This document shows positions 8,389 through 17,090 of a stretch of 64,000 bases of DNA, one piece after another. The stretch covers positions 55,028-119,027 of the forward strand of contig CAZSBG010000003.1 in the NCBI GenBank assembly GCA_964605145.1, given 5' to 3'. The DNA is from an uncultured Cytophagia bacterium (GTDB lineage Bacteria; Zhuqueibacterota; Zhuqueibacteria; Thermofontimicrobiales; Thermofontimicrobiaceae). Position 1 is the first letter of the stretch. Every line of letters begins with the position of its first letter. The position numbers were made by a program, and so were the translations under genes. The notes under the pieces are model-generated. The model did not search any database, was not told the DNA's origin, and was given only the letters and a program-made list of their open reading frames with translations.

Positions 8389-9150
8389 CTATTTTCCCTC
8401 TTTTAATTTCGTTATCGAATTGAGAAAATCTGCTTCCTCCAAAATCTTCTCGGAAAAAAGCAGGCCCTGCACGCCCAGATCGAAAACAGTGTCGGACTTG
8501 GCTTTGCTTAGCATTTTTTCCGTCCGCGCGATGACCGGCACCGTTGACCAGCCGGTAATGAGCGACAAGCTTTCTTCGCTGCAAAGTGGAATAATCATTG
8601 CGTCAGCCCCTGCTTCCATCATGAACGACACGCCCAATTTAATGGTGTCCTCATAATTAATTTCACCCACGTTCGGTCCGATGGGACGAATGTCCACAAA
8701 TACCGGCAGCGAAATTTCGTAGCTATCCCGCAGCAGATGGGAAATGGAGCGAATATTTATGGCTTCGAAATCGTCGCCAAAGCCCATGAACAGCGTTGCT
8801 ACAGCAGCCGAACCTCCCAGAGCCAGCACATCCCGGGCCGACGAAATTTCAATGCGCCGCACATCGCTCACCGGCAGACAGAAATCGGCGCCGCGATAGG
8901 CGTTTGTCCAATCCACGCGCACCAAACCGGTTCCGCGTTTTTTCCCGCCAAGTTCGTGGGAGAGATGTTCCATCTGGCCGGGATTCACAATAATTCCATC
9001 GAACGCGGGGCTGCATTCCCGAAGCACAGATTTTAAATTCTCCAAATTGGGAGGCGCGCCGATGCTGGAAGCAATGGTGGTGTCCAGCAGCAGTGCACGC
9101 TGGTGCAGAATATCACTCATTCGAATGGCTTTGCCAATAAATGTTTGCAT
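8389..9150 (-). CDS. DhnA-type aldolase-like paralog lacking the Schiff-base lysine (probable non-catalytic or divergent subunit)
   Basis: 253 aa, and it aligns to the N-terminal domain of the downstream gene. Examples are EAGADAMIIPLCSE against EIGADALKIPYTG (K to I) and LLDTTIAS against VAADHGWM (DHG to DTT). It ends 3 bp before the next gene, so the two form an operon. Confidence 0.6.
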   Translation of the reverse strand: MQTFIGKAIRMSDILHQRALLLDTTIASSIGAPPNLENLKSVLRECSPAFDGIIVNPGQMEHLSHELGGKKRGTGLVRVDWTNAYRGADFCLPVSDVRRIEISSARDVLALGGSAAVATLFMGFGDDFEAINIRSISHLLRDSYEISLPVFVDIRPIGPNVGEINYEDTIKLGVSFMMEAGADAMIIPLCSEESLSLITGWSTVPVIARTEKMLSKAKSDTVFDLGVQGLLFSEKILEEADFLNSITKLKEGK

Positions 9151-9380
9151 AGTTACCTCGTTTTTATTTTGCCCGCGGAATACGCGAAATGACTCAAAAA
9201 AAAATCCAGAAAAAAAATTACTTAAAAATTCAAGCGACGTAAATTTAAACGGATTCGTGGGACACTGATGACACGGATTTGCACAGATAAAAAATTATAT
9301 TTCGTTTTTTTTAGCGCGATTCCGCGTGTTCTGTGAGCTATATTCTTTTCTTTAAGTCTTAGTGCCTCGTATATTAAAAC

Positions 9381-12300
9381 CTATTTTTCGAATTTCAGAT
9401 TCAGCCAGGTCCCACTCTGAGAAAAATTGGGCAGCCAATCCTGGGTGCGGATGACCAATCTCAATTCCTTCACACCGAAGGCAGGCACCGAAAATCTCTG
9501 CACCTCCGAATCCAGCGTCATCGGGCGGCTGACATAAATTTCGTTATCGTCACCATACACGGCAAACTGCATTTTGCTTTTGCCATTGGTCATATTTTCC
9601 GCCTTCACCTGGGGATTCAAATCCACGGACACTGCGCCGGACAGGTTTTTCCACGAGCCATCCAAAGAATAAACCAGCTCGCAATTGGGCATCACCCCAA
9701 TTCCTTTGGTTGAACCGTCCTTTAACGCACGCCCCCAGAAATTGCGATCCATTTCCGGCAGTCCGGTCCAAAAGTCTGTCTGGTCCGGTCTCACATCGCT
9801 CAAATAAACAGCGTTGGCTTCCATTGCAGATATTGGTTTTTCAACTACCTTTCGGGGCAATATTTTTCCGCGGACCTCCTCATCCGTTTTCCACTGGTAT
9901 TTCGGATTCACCTGCCAGTCCTGGTCAAAAAAACCGCAGGCGAGCGGAGAGCCGTCAACCGTCATATTTCCCTGGTGAAAATTGATGCCGGTGGTTCGCT
10001 CGTCAAAAATAATATAATCAAAGTCCGAACCCATCCGCCGCACAATGCCATCCATTGCCTGCCACGAATTGCCGGCGTTGACAACCACGTATCGCCCGCG
10101 ATTCAGCGGATTGGGATAGATGAAAACAGCCCCAACATTCTGGCCACGATACTTCTTTTCTCCAACAATCACAGCATTTTTTTCGAACCGAATCGGCAGG
10201 TCAGCTTCAATCTTTTTCGTGACGCCGTTGTTGTTCGGTCCGCCGAACAAAATTAGGTTGAACTGCGCGATATCGTTTTCAGAAATTTCACTATCCTTTT
10301 TCAAACGACATGGCACATGCTGCCAGGCCTGCCACTGCTCAGAAAACGCCTCTGCTTCCCGAATGTTCATTTTCGTTTCCATTTTCGAACCGGCTGTTCC
10401 GGCCACCAGCATAAATCCCGAATTGTACGCATCCAGAATGGGACCGCACAGAATTTCCGTTTTCACCAATTCGCTTTTATTTGAATCTGGCAAAACCGTC
10501 CAGCCAGATACAGTGCCATCTTTTTTCTGTTTCGCACCAAAACGAATCAATAATTCGCCCGAAACCGAAGCGGATAAGGCAGGTTCATCGTTCACTGATA
10601 TTTTAATTTCTGCGGGAATATCCACCAAGTTCTTATTGAGGCGCAGGCTGAATTCAGAGATATTATCCGTCCGAACATGGATTGTCCTTCTATCCATTAT
10701 TTCCCCTTCGATTTTGGCAAATGCCATAACATCCGCGAAACGGTCGATCTCGGCCCAATAGGCGCGATTGTGTTTCAGGCTGGCTGTCTTGTAAACCACG
10801 CGTTTCGGAAATCCGTCGCGTTTTTTATCCTCGAACCCGTTGTAAATATCATAATCCATTTGCGGATCAAACCCGCCGTGCATGGCTTCCGGGTGCTCTT
10901 TGTACGTGATGTTGTAGCCCAACGCCCGCAAACGCTTCACAATTTTTCGGCTCTGGGCGATTGGGACAATATCGTCCTTCACGCCGTGATTGCACAGCAC
11001 AGGCAGATTCGACGCATTTTCCGCAAAGGAAAGCGCGCTGCGTTTTGCCAGGATGAACGTCCGCTCCGGCGACAAATCCGTGGTATCCAGACCGGTCCAG
11101 AAGGCGTATTCGGTCGGACCCATAATCGGCGCCAAAGCGGCGAATTTATCCGGAAAAGCCAGCCCGATATTCCACGTTCCGGCGCCGCCCATGGAGCCGC
11201 CGGTCAGATAAATTCGGTTTTCGTCGATGTCATAGAGCCGCTTCACTTCGGCCAGCACTGTTAGAACATCATTCTCACCGATGTTCTGGTACATGGTGTT
11301 TCCGCGGCCAAACGGGTTGACAACAATGTACCGGCCTTTTTCCGTGGCAAACGGCATAAACGCCGGCAAAAACTGGTTCTCGTGCCAGGCCGCAAATCCA
11401 GGGTCGTAGCCGTGCAAATTGATCACCAGCGGATAGGGCTGGCCCGGCTCGTATTCGTTCGGCGCGTGCACCGCGTAACCCTGCAAACTTCCCTCGATAT
11501 CGGAATAATAGCCGCGCAAAAAGCTGCCTTTTTGGCCGATGAACGGATTTCCTTCCTCACTCATTTTAATGAATAAAGAATCAACTTCGGCCAGACCGTT
11601 GCTCAAAAAATCTTCGAACAAAGCAAGGTAGCCCGGCTTATCCGAATTGTTCAGCATTTTTTTCAGCGGCAACAATTTCACTTCCAGGCTCGCCAAATCA
11701 TTGGAATGAATCCTGGTAATCGTATCGCCCTTCTTCTTACCAATTTCATTTTCAATGGATTGAATTTTGTCTGCCAGTTCCTCGTATTTATTTCGGACAA
11801 TTTCGAAACCGGCGGTCCCTTTGAATTCTTTTCCGCCGGAATTGGTCACTGCCACGGCCGTTTCGTAATTTCCATCCCCCCACTTTGAAATGTCAATTTT
11901 CTTTTCAATGAAGTTAGTTTTGACAGAAATCTTCTCGCTGAAATCCGCTCGCAATGTGCCGTTTGAATCGTACACCGCCAATTTGCAGAGAATATCCTTC
12001 TCAGAATCTTCAAATACAGAATGAAACGCGCCGATTTTGAAAATCAGTTGGCCGGTTTGTCGATAGACCTTCTTATCCGGTTTTAAAATAACAAACGGGA
12101 AATCACCTTCACTTTTTGAAGCGATAAGACCTTCGCGTGCCGCGCAGTACCAGACCCATTTCGAATTGTGTTGAACCGCCTCATTTTCCGGGGCGATTTC
12201 CCGGGCCTTGGTGATCTGCTTCAGCGCTTCTTCGAAATCATTGTTCTCCGCGCTGATGATGGCCAGGTTGTTGTGGATGATGGATTTATTTTCAAACCGG

Positions 12301-13106
12301 TCAAGATTTTCTTTCAGCGTCGATTCCGAAAAAAACAATTCGCCCCGAAGAAAATTCACTTTTGCCCCGGTCAGTGCGTCCAAATCTTTCTCGCCATCGA
12401 GCCAGCGCCATATTTTCGACGGACGAATTTTGCTGTACACATTGAAATCATCTACGCCGGCATGCGCCCCGCCATCCTGAATCATGCTGATGGAACAGAC
12501 CGTGTTCGCCGGTTTCATCGGCGCATAATCCAGCGCGATAGCATTGTAAAATGGCGGCTCATCCGATTGGTCCCCCTGCCAGATTTTCATTTTGAACGAC
12601 GCCGGCCTCTCCCCTTTCACATCCACGCGCACCCATTGCCAGACGCCGAATTCGATCTGCCCTGGCTCCGAAGCGAACAGTGTTTCCGGCAAACTGCCCA
12701 CCTCGGCTTTTTTGATGCTGATGACGCCATCCTTTGAAATCTCGAATTTATAGTCGCTCCATCCCTGCTGCCTTACGGCAATGGTGAATAAAAAATTTGT
12801 ACCGTTGATGGGCTTGAACCGAAACAGGGTGGAAAAATCGCGATTCAACACGGCATTTTCGAACGTGGGAATGGCTGCATAAATCTGTTGGGTGATATTG
12901 CTGCTGTCCAGCGATATGAATATGCCGTCCCTCACCTGCCAGGCGCCAAATCCCCACACTTTCATGTCCTGCCATTTTTCTGCGGTTCCGCTTTCGAAAT
13001 TATCGGAGAATAAATCGCCCTTTTGAATGAACTGGCCTCTCGCCGTTACCGAAGCAAAGAAAAGCACGATTAACACTGACATACAGAAAATGGTAATTTT
13101 TTCCAC
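9381..13106 (-). CDS. Secreted 1241-aa multidomain protein: N-terminal LamG/DUF1080-like domain, TPR-like region, S9/esterase-type alpha/beta-hydrolase domain, C-terminal beta-sandwich domain
   Basis: Signal peptide MEKITIFCMSVLIVLFFASVTARGQ. Alpha/beta-hydrolase nucleophile elbow LTGGSMGGAGTW with a downstream D and H (CNHGVKDD, AMHGG). The concanavalin-like N-terminal region is assigned by similarity only. Confidence 0.55.
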   Translation of the reverse strand: MEKITIFCMSVLIVLFFASVTARGQFIQKGDLFSDNFESGTAEKWQDMKVWGFGAWQVRDGIFISLDSSNITQQIYAAIPTFENAVLNRDFSTLFRFKPINGTNFLFTIAVRQQGWSDYKFEISKDGVISIKKAEVGSLPETLFASEPGQIEFGVWQWVRVDVKGERPASFKMKIWQGDQSDEPPFYNAIALDYAPMKPANTVCSISMIQDGGAHAGVDDFNVYSKIRPSKIWRWLDGEKDLDALTGAKVNFLRGELFFSESTLKENLDRFENKSIIHNNLAIISAENNDFEEALKQITKAREIAPENEAVQHNSKWVWYCAAREGLIASKSEGDFPFVILKPDKKVYRQTGQLIFKIGAFHSVFEDSEKDILCKLAVYDSNGTLRADFSEKISVKTNFIEKKIDISKWGDGNYETAVAVTNSGGKEFKGTAGFEIVRNKYEELADKIQSIENEIGKKKGDTITRIHSNDLASLEVKLLPLKKMLNNSDKPGYLALFEDFLSNGLAEVDSLFIKMSEEGNPFIGQKGSFLRGYYSDIEGSLQGYAVHAPNEYEPGQPYPLVINLHGYDPGFAAWHENQFLPAFMPFATEKGRYIVVNPFGRGNTMYQNIGENDVLTVLAEVKRLYDIDENRIYLTGGSMGGAGTWNIGLAFPDKFAALAPIMGPTEYAFWTGLDTTDLSPERTFILAKRSALSFAENASNLPVLCNHGVKDDIVPIAQSRKIVKRLRALGYNITYKEHPEAMHGGFDPQMDYDIYNGFEDKKRDGFPKRVVYKTASLKHNRAYWAEIDRFADVMAFAKIEGEIMDRRTIHVRTDNISEFSLRLNKNLVDIPAEIKISVNDEPALSASVSGELLIRFGAKQKKDGTVSGWTVLPDSNKSELVKTEILCGPILDAYNSGFMLVAGTAGSKMETKMNIREAEAFSEQWQAWQHVPCRLKKDSEISENDIAQFNLILFGGPNNNGVTKKIEADLPIRFEKNAVIVGEKKYRGQNVGAVFIYPNPLNRGRYVVVNAGNSWQAMDGIVRRMGSDFDYIIFDERTTGINFHQGNMTVDGSPLACGFFDQDWQVNPKYQWKTDEEVRGKILPRKVVEKPISAMEANAVYLSDVRPDQTDFWTGLPEMDRNFWGRALKDGSTKGIGVMPNCELVYSLDGSWKNLSGAVSVDLNPQVKAENMTNGKSKMQFAVYGDDNEIYVSRPMTLDSEVQRFSVPAFGVKELRLVIRTQDWLPNFSQSGTWLNLKFEK

Positions 13107-13306
13107 TGCAAAAATCCTACTTTTTGTTCATCTCCCTAAAAAAAAATAGACAGGATTACAGGATAAAAAAGCATCTTACAAGAACAAATCCTCACATTCC
13201 CGACATGAATAAAAAACTATCCTGAAAAAGAAGTGGGTTGCTGTTTGCACTTCGAACTTTCGCTACGTATATTTGTTTTGAATCCTGTTATCCTGCCAAA
13301 AAAAAA

Positions 13307-14227
13307 TCACTTTTCAAGTCGTTTGAATAAAAATCGACTGGCGCCGAGCATGGCGCTGTTTTCGATATTTTGAGCCAGCTTGATCACCGTGGTCATCTTT
13401 TCATTAGCAAATACCTGTCGCAGCGTCGCCCCAAAAAAGTGAAACGCTTTGGCAATCTGTCCGCCAACGACCACGCAATCCGCCTGAAATTGCTGCGCGT
13501 GCCAGATAAGGAAGTATCCCATGATGGAGCCGGTTTCCTCGAATACGCTCAGCGTGCGTTTATCGCCGTCTTCGGCCCGCTCGGCGATATCTTTGACCGT
13601 CAAATTCTTTTCTTCGTTCCGAATCAAATTCCGATAGGCTTCGATAATCCCCCGGCTGGAGATTCGGTCGTCGAGGATGCCGCTTTTGTACTTTCGCCCG
13701 CCAATCCACGCCAACGCCGGAATGCCGGGGCCTTGTTCGAGAATTTCGTCATCAGCCAAAAAGCCGGATCCCATGCCGGTGCCCAGCGTCACGCCAATAA
13801 TTCGGTTGAAGCCCCGCGCCGCGCCCTGCCAGGCTTCGCCGCGGACAAACGCCCAGGCGTCGTTTTCGAAAAGTATCGGAAAATCCGAAGCCAGTCCGAG
13901 ACCGTTTCGAAACTCATCCCTTAAATTTACCCCGTAAATCGCTTCGTATTTATCCACGCCCTGTATCTGGCTGATGCCGTTCTCATAATCAAATGGCCCG
14001 GGCATACCAATTCCGATGCCGGCGATTTTCACTTTTTGCTTTTCGGCTATTTGAAATGCGCTTGTGAATGTGTTCAAAAACGGATTGATAATTTGTTCGA
14101 AGGTTCCTTTGGAATTTACCGAAGTTCGCTGGACGGAGCCGTCAACGATCTTCCCCGAATCCGAGACAATCGCTGATTTAATGGACATGCCGCCAACATC
14201 CAGCGCAATGGCGAATCGTTCGGTCAT
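13307..14227 (-). CDS. ROK-family sugar kinase (glucokinase/N-acetylglucosamine kinase-like)
   Basis: N-terminal actin-fold ATPase motif IALDVGGMSIKSAIV, 306 aa, ROK/glucokinase-like layout. Confidence 0.55.
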   Translation of the reverse strand: MTERFAIALDVGGMSIKSAIVSDSGKIVDGSVQRTSVNSKGTFEQIINPFLNTFTSAFQIAEKQKVKIAGIGIGMPGPFDYENGISQIQGVDKYEAIYGVNLRDEFRNGLGLASDFPILFENDAWAFVRGEAWQGAARGFNRIIGVTLGTGMGSGFLADDEILEQGPGIPALAWIGGRKYKSGILDDRISSRGIIEAYRNLIRNEEKNLTVKDIAERAEDGDKRTLSVFEETGSIMGYFLIWHAQQFQADCVVVGGQIAKAFHFFGATLRQVFANEKMTTVIKLAQNIENSAMLGASRFLFKRLEK

Positions 14228-14230
14228 TCC

Positions 14231-15106
14231 CTATACCCTCTTGTTCCAGATCATTTTGGACAAAATCTGCGTAAGTTTTGCTTTAACATTCGAATTCAAT
14301 TCCGGATCAGGATTTTGCTGCCAAGTTTCATTCAATTCCAAAATACGCCTTCTCTCCACTTCGGATATCTTCCCGCGCGACCATTCGTCCTCAATCCATT
14401 CCTCAAAAGTGCCCAACCACTTTGTGCTCGAACCGATATCGTCAGGATTGCGGACGAGATTCTGTCTGTCGATTTGACCAAAATAGAGTCGCGGCGCCGA
14501 ATGCCCGGCCGTTGCGATGGCAGTTTCGAACACCGGATCGAAATTCAATATGCCGAAGGCCAGTGGGTTTTCCATATCCTTCTGAAGCATCTCGCCGGAA
14601 ACAGAAATGCCAACCGCCTGGCAGACAAAAAGCGTGTAATGATCTCCCACAGCGCAGGAAGTCTTCACGATGGCTTCGATATTCACAGGGCATTCTTTTA
14701 TCCCGCTTGGTTTTATTTTCTGGGAAGAAAGCGCTGTCAGTCTCGACACTTCGATTTCATTGATGCCCCGGGGAAGCGGCAAACCTGCCACCCAGATTTG
14801 ATCCATCAATTCTGCCCCCGGAAAACTGATGACGCATTCTTTCGTTTCATTTAAATTTGCGAACGCCTGACGAACCGGGATGTTCGGCACATCCTTGCTT
14901 CCCACAGAAAAAGCAAAATAATAGTTGGATTCGCTGGCGTCGGCCAGGGAATTGACGCCCACACAGGTTCCCAGCGTCACCGGGGTGGCATTGTTATTTC
15001 CGAAAGAATCAATGGTTGAAACGAGATAAACAACTTGCGGAGGCTGAATCCAGCGATAGTTGAAGCCCTTATCTGATTTCATGAGATCGAAGAACGTTCG
15101 CGACAT
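14231..15106 (-). CDS. Flavin reductase-like (FMN-binding split-barrel) domain protein with a C-terminal extension
   Basis: VVYLVSTIDSFGNNNATPVTLG and HYTLFVCQAVGISV resemble PF01613 core motifs. This assignment is only partly supported. Confidence 0.4.
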   Translation of the reverse strand: MSRTFFDLMKSDKGFNYRWIQPPQVVYLVSTIDSFGNNNATPVTLGTCVGVNSLADASESNYYFAFSVGSKDVPNIPVRQAFANLNETKECVISFPGAELMDQIWVAGLPLPRGINEIEVSRLTALSSQKIKPSGIKECPVNIEAIVKTSCAVGDHYTLFVCQAVGISVSGEMLQKDMENPLAFGILNFDPVFETAIATAGHSAPRLYFGQIDRQNLVRNPDDIGSSTKWLGTFEEWIEDEWSRGKISEVERRRILELNETWQQNPDPELNSNVKAKLTQILSKMIWNKRV

Positions 15107-15233
15107 GTTGATTTCCGTAAATTTGGGTAGGCTTATATAAAATATGTATCAATCAATTTTTATCAGCATACATCAGCGAAAACGGGCCGAAGGATGCATC
15201 TGCCTTTGGAATGATCCATGTCCAAACTTGAAT

Positions 15234-15917
15234 TTAATAAATTTTCTCAGGCTTGAACAGAAACTTAGCATACACATAGGCAATCGCTTCGCTGATTATC
15301 GTCCGCACGCCTTCGCCGTATTTCCACCATCGTTTTGGATCGTAATCCTGATCCGTAATAGCGATAATCCCAATTTTGACTTCATGCTCGAGCGCCCGCT
15401 CGAACAGCATACGGCTTCGCCGGGAATGCGTGCCCAGCGAAATAAGGTTTAGCGATTTTACAGCCAAATCCGATTCATCCAGCCATTTTCTCAGGGCCAC
15501 TGCTGTTTCGTACGTGCGATCACGAATCACAAATGGCGCAGGCACGGCCACAACCTGTTCAGGATTCACGCCCAATTTCACCAGGGATTGCGCCCCGATT
15601 TCAGCGAAATTGTTGAACTCAATTAAATACGATCCTTTTTCCGTTGGCTCGCCGGTTACAATGAGCAGTTTGTAATTATTGGCTTCAAATTCGGATTTTG
15701 CATATTCAAAAACATAATCCGGCACCCAGCCCTCAACCACCAGCAACTCGCTCTCGACAGGACGATTTGGCGCTAAAAATGGATGGATAGTTAATATAAT
15801 CGCCGTTGCCATTCCGAAAAATATGATACCAATCAACAGCCATCCATACGCCGAAGGAAGCCAGCACTGTCTGCGTTTCAGTAATCCGAATAAAGCCATC
15901 AATCCATCCCTTTCCAC
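15234..15917 (-). CDS. DUF218 (ElyC/SanA/YdcF) family membrane-anchored protein
   Basis: N-terminal TM helix followed by a DUF218-like core (LLIVTGEP...; NLISLGTHSRRSRMLFERAL, compare FHCERA in SanA). Confidence 0.55.
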   Translation of the reverse strand: MERDGLMALFGLLKRRQCWLPSAYGWLLIGIIFFGMATAIILTIHPFLAPNRPVESELLVVEGWVPDYVFEYAKSEFEANNYKLLIVTGEPTEKGSYLIEFNNFAEIGAQSLVKLGVNPEQVVAVPAPFVIRDRTYETAVALRKWLDESDLAVKSLNLISLGTHSRRSRMLFERALEHEVKIGIIAITDQDYDPKRWWKYGEGVRTIISEAIAYVYAKFLFKPEKIY

Positions 15918-15961
15918 TTCCCGTTTACCGTAAAATCAAAGATGAATATTCTACAGTTCTT

Positions 15962-16702
15962 TTATGCTTCAGGATAAATCTGCTCGCCATTATTGAACCG
16001 GGCGACCAACTCGAATTCATAATCAAAGTAATCTGTGTTGGCGAAATGCGCCGGCGCGGTGGCTTCCACGTCCGTGCCCCGGTAATCTTTGATTTTTTTC
16101 TCGGGCCACTTTTCCGGGTTCAATTTGTAGAAAAGCAGTTTTCCCGGCCGGGAATCGGTTGTGCGAATATCGCTTTGATAGAGAAATTCGAACACAGCTC
16201 GCACGCCCACGCTGCACACTTTTTTCCGCTTGCCCAAATCAAAAAATTTCAATCGCCGTTGATGGTCGTAGCCAAGAATATTGTTGATAGCCAGATCCAG
16301 CACCTGCCCGAGATCGTAGTCTTCGCCGACCATGTCCATCACAGCTTTGCGCATGGTTCGCAGATGGGCCGGCGTTAGCTCGACAAATTTTAATCGATAA
16401 ATAGTGAGATTGGCAAGACAATACTCGCGCAGGTGTTTGGTTGTGGCTTTGGGCAGTTCAACGGAAAACGTATTGGACTCGTCCAAATAAAACATGGCGT
16501 GGGTGTCTTTCCAGTTGGACTTTTTTCCGAACATTCGCCGCTGCTGCCATTGAATGCCGGCATGGATTATGGCCGACCAGATTTCCCACCATTTGTGCGA
16601 GCCAATCCAGGTGACTACATCGCCCGGTTTGATGACATCAAGAATGGATTCGTAAGCGCGATTGACGAGCGCGCGATCCTTATAATTTCCCGACATGCTC
16701 AT
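15962..16702 (-). CDS. Putative permuted papain-fold (NlpC/P60 superfamily, YiiX/DUF830-like) hydrolase
   Basis: The order of GDVVTW, then ...THAMFYLDE..., then ...YDLGQ..., then ...KKVCSVGVRAVFE matches the His-before-Cys permuted papain pattern of YiiX-like proteins. There is no signal peptide. Confidence 0.4.
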   Translation of the reverse strand: MSMSGNYKDRALVNRAYESILDVIKPGDVVTWIGSHKWWEIWSAIIHAGIQWQQRRMFGKKSNWKDTHAMFYLDESNTFSVELPKATTKHLREYCLANLTIYRLKFVELTPAHLRTMRKAVMDMVGEDYDLGQVLDLAINNILGYDHQRRLKFFDLGKRKKVCSVGVRAVFEFLYQSDIRTTDSRPGKLLFYKLNPEKWPEKKIKDYRGTDVEATAPAHFANTDYFDYEFELVARFNNGEQIYPEA

Positions 16703-16734
16703 TTTTACACTCCGGTAAAAAGTAAATAATCAAA

Positions 16735-16986
16735 TTATTCACGTTTTAATGAAGCAATGATTTTTGTATCCCAGTCGTCATCCACCTCAACTAACAAGGT
16801 ACAGCGTTCATTTTCGCGATAATTTATTTCCCTGAGCAAAGCGTCCATGTTCTGTATTTCAGAAGTTTCGAGATCCTGATTTTTCAATAATTCTTTTAGA
16901 TGCCGCTTGAATTCTGTTTCCCATAACACTTTCATTATATTCAAATACTCCACATTTTTCAGTTTTAATACATATTTAACAATCAC
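16735..16986 (-). CDS. Small hypothetical acidic protein (83 aa), immediately upstream of the YiiX-like gene
   Basis: ORF only, with no recognisable motif. Confidence 0.3.
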   Translation of the reverse strand: MIVKYVLKLKNVEYLNIMKVLWETEFKRHLKELLKNQDLETSEIQNMDALLREINYRENERCTLLVEVDDDWDTKIIASLKRE

Positions 16987-17090
16987 AGGTTACGCATGAA
17001 ACACTAATTATTAATGTCCATACAATACAAAAGTGAAACCATAAAATCAAGCGTTTTTTAAAATGGTTTTCGACAAAAATAATCAGAAAA

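Noticed and set aside
7455-8406. Plus-strand ORFs overlapping the aldolase-ferredoxin gene (7582-8406 and others)
   Set aside because: They are antisense to a gene with strong family motifs and have the R/H/G-rich composition of shadow frames.
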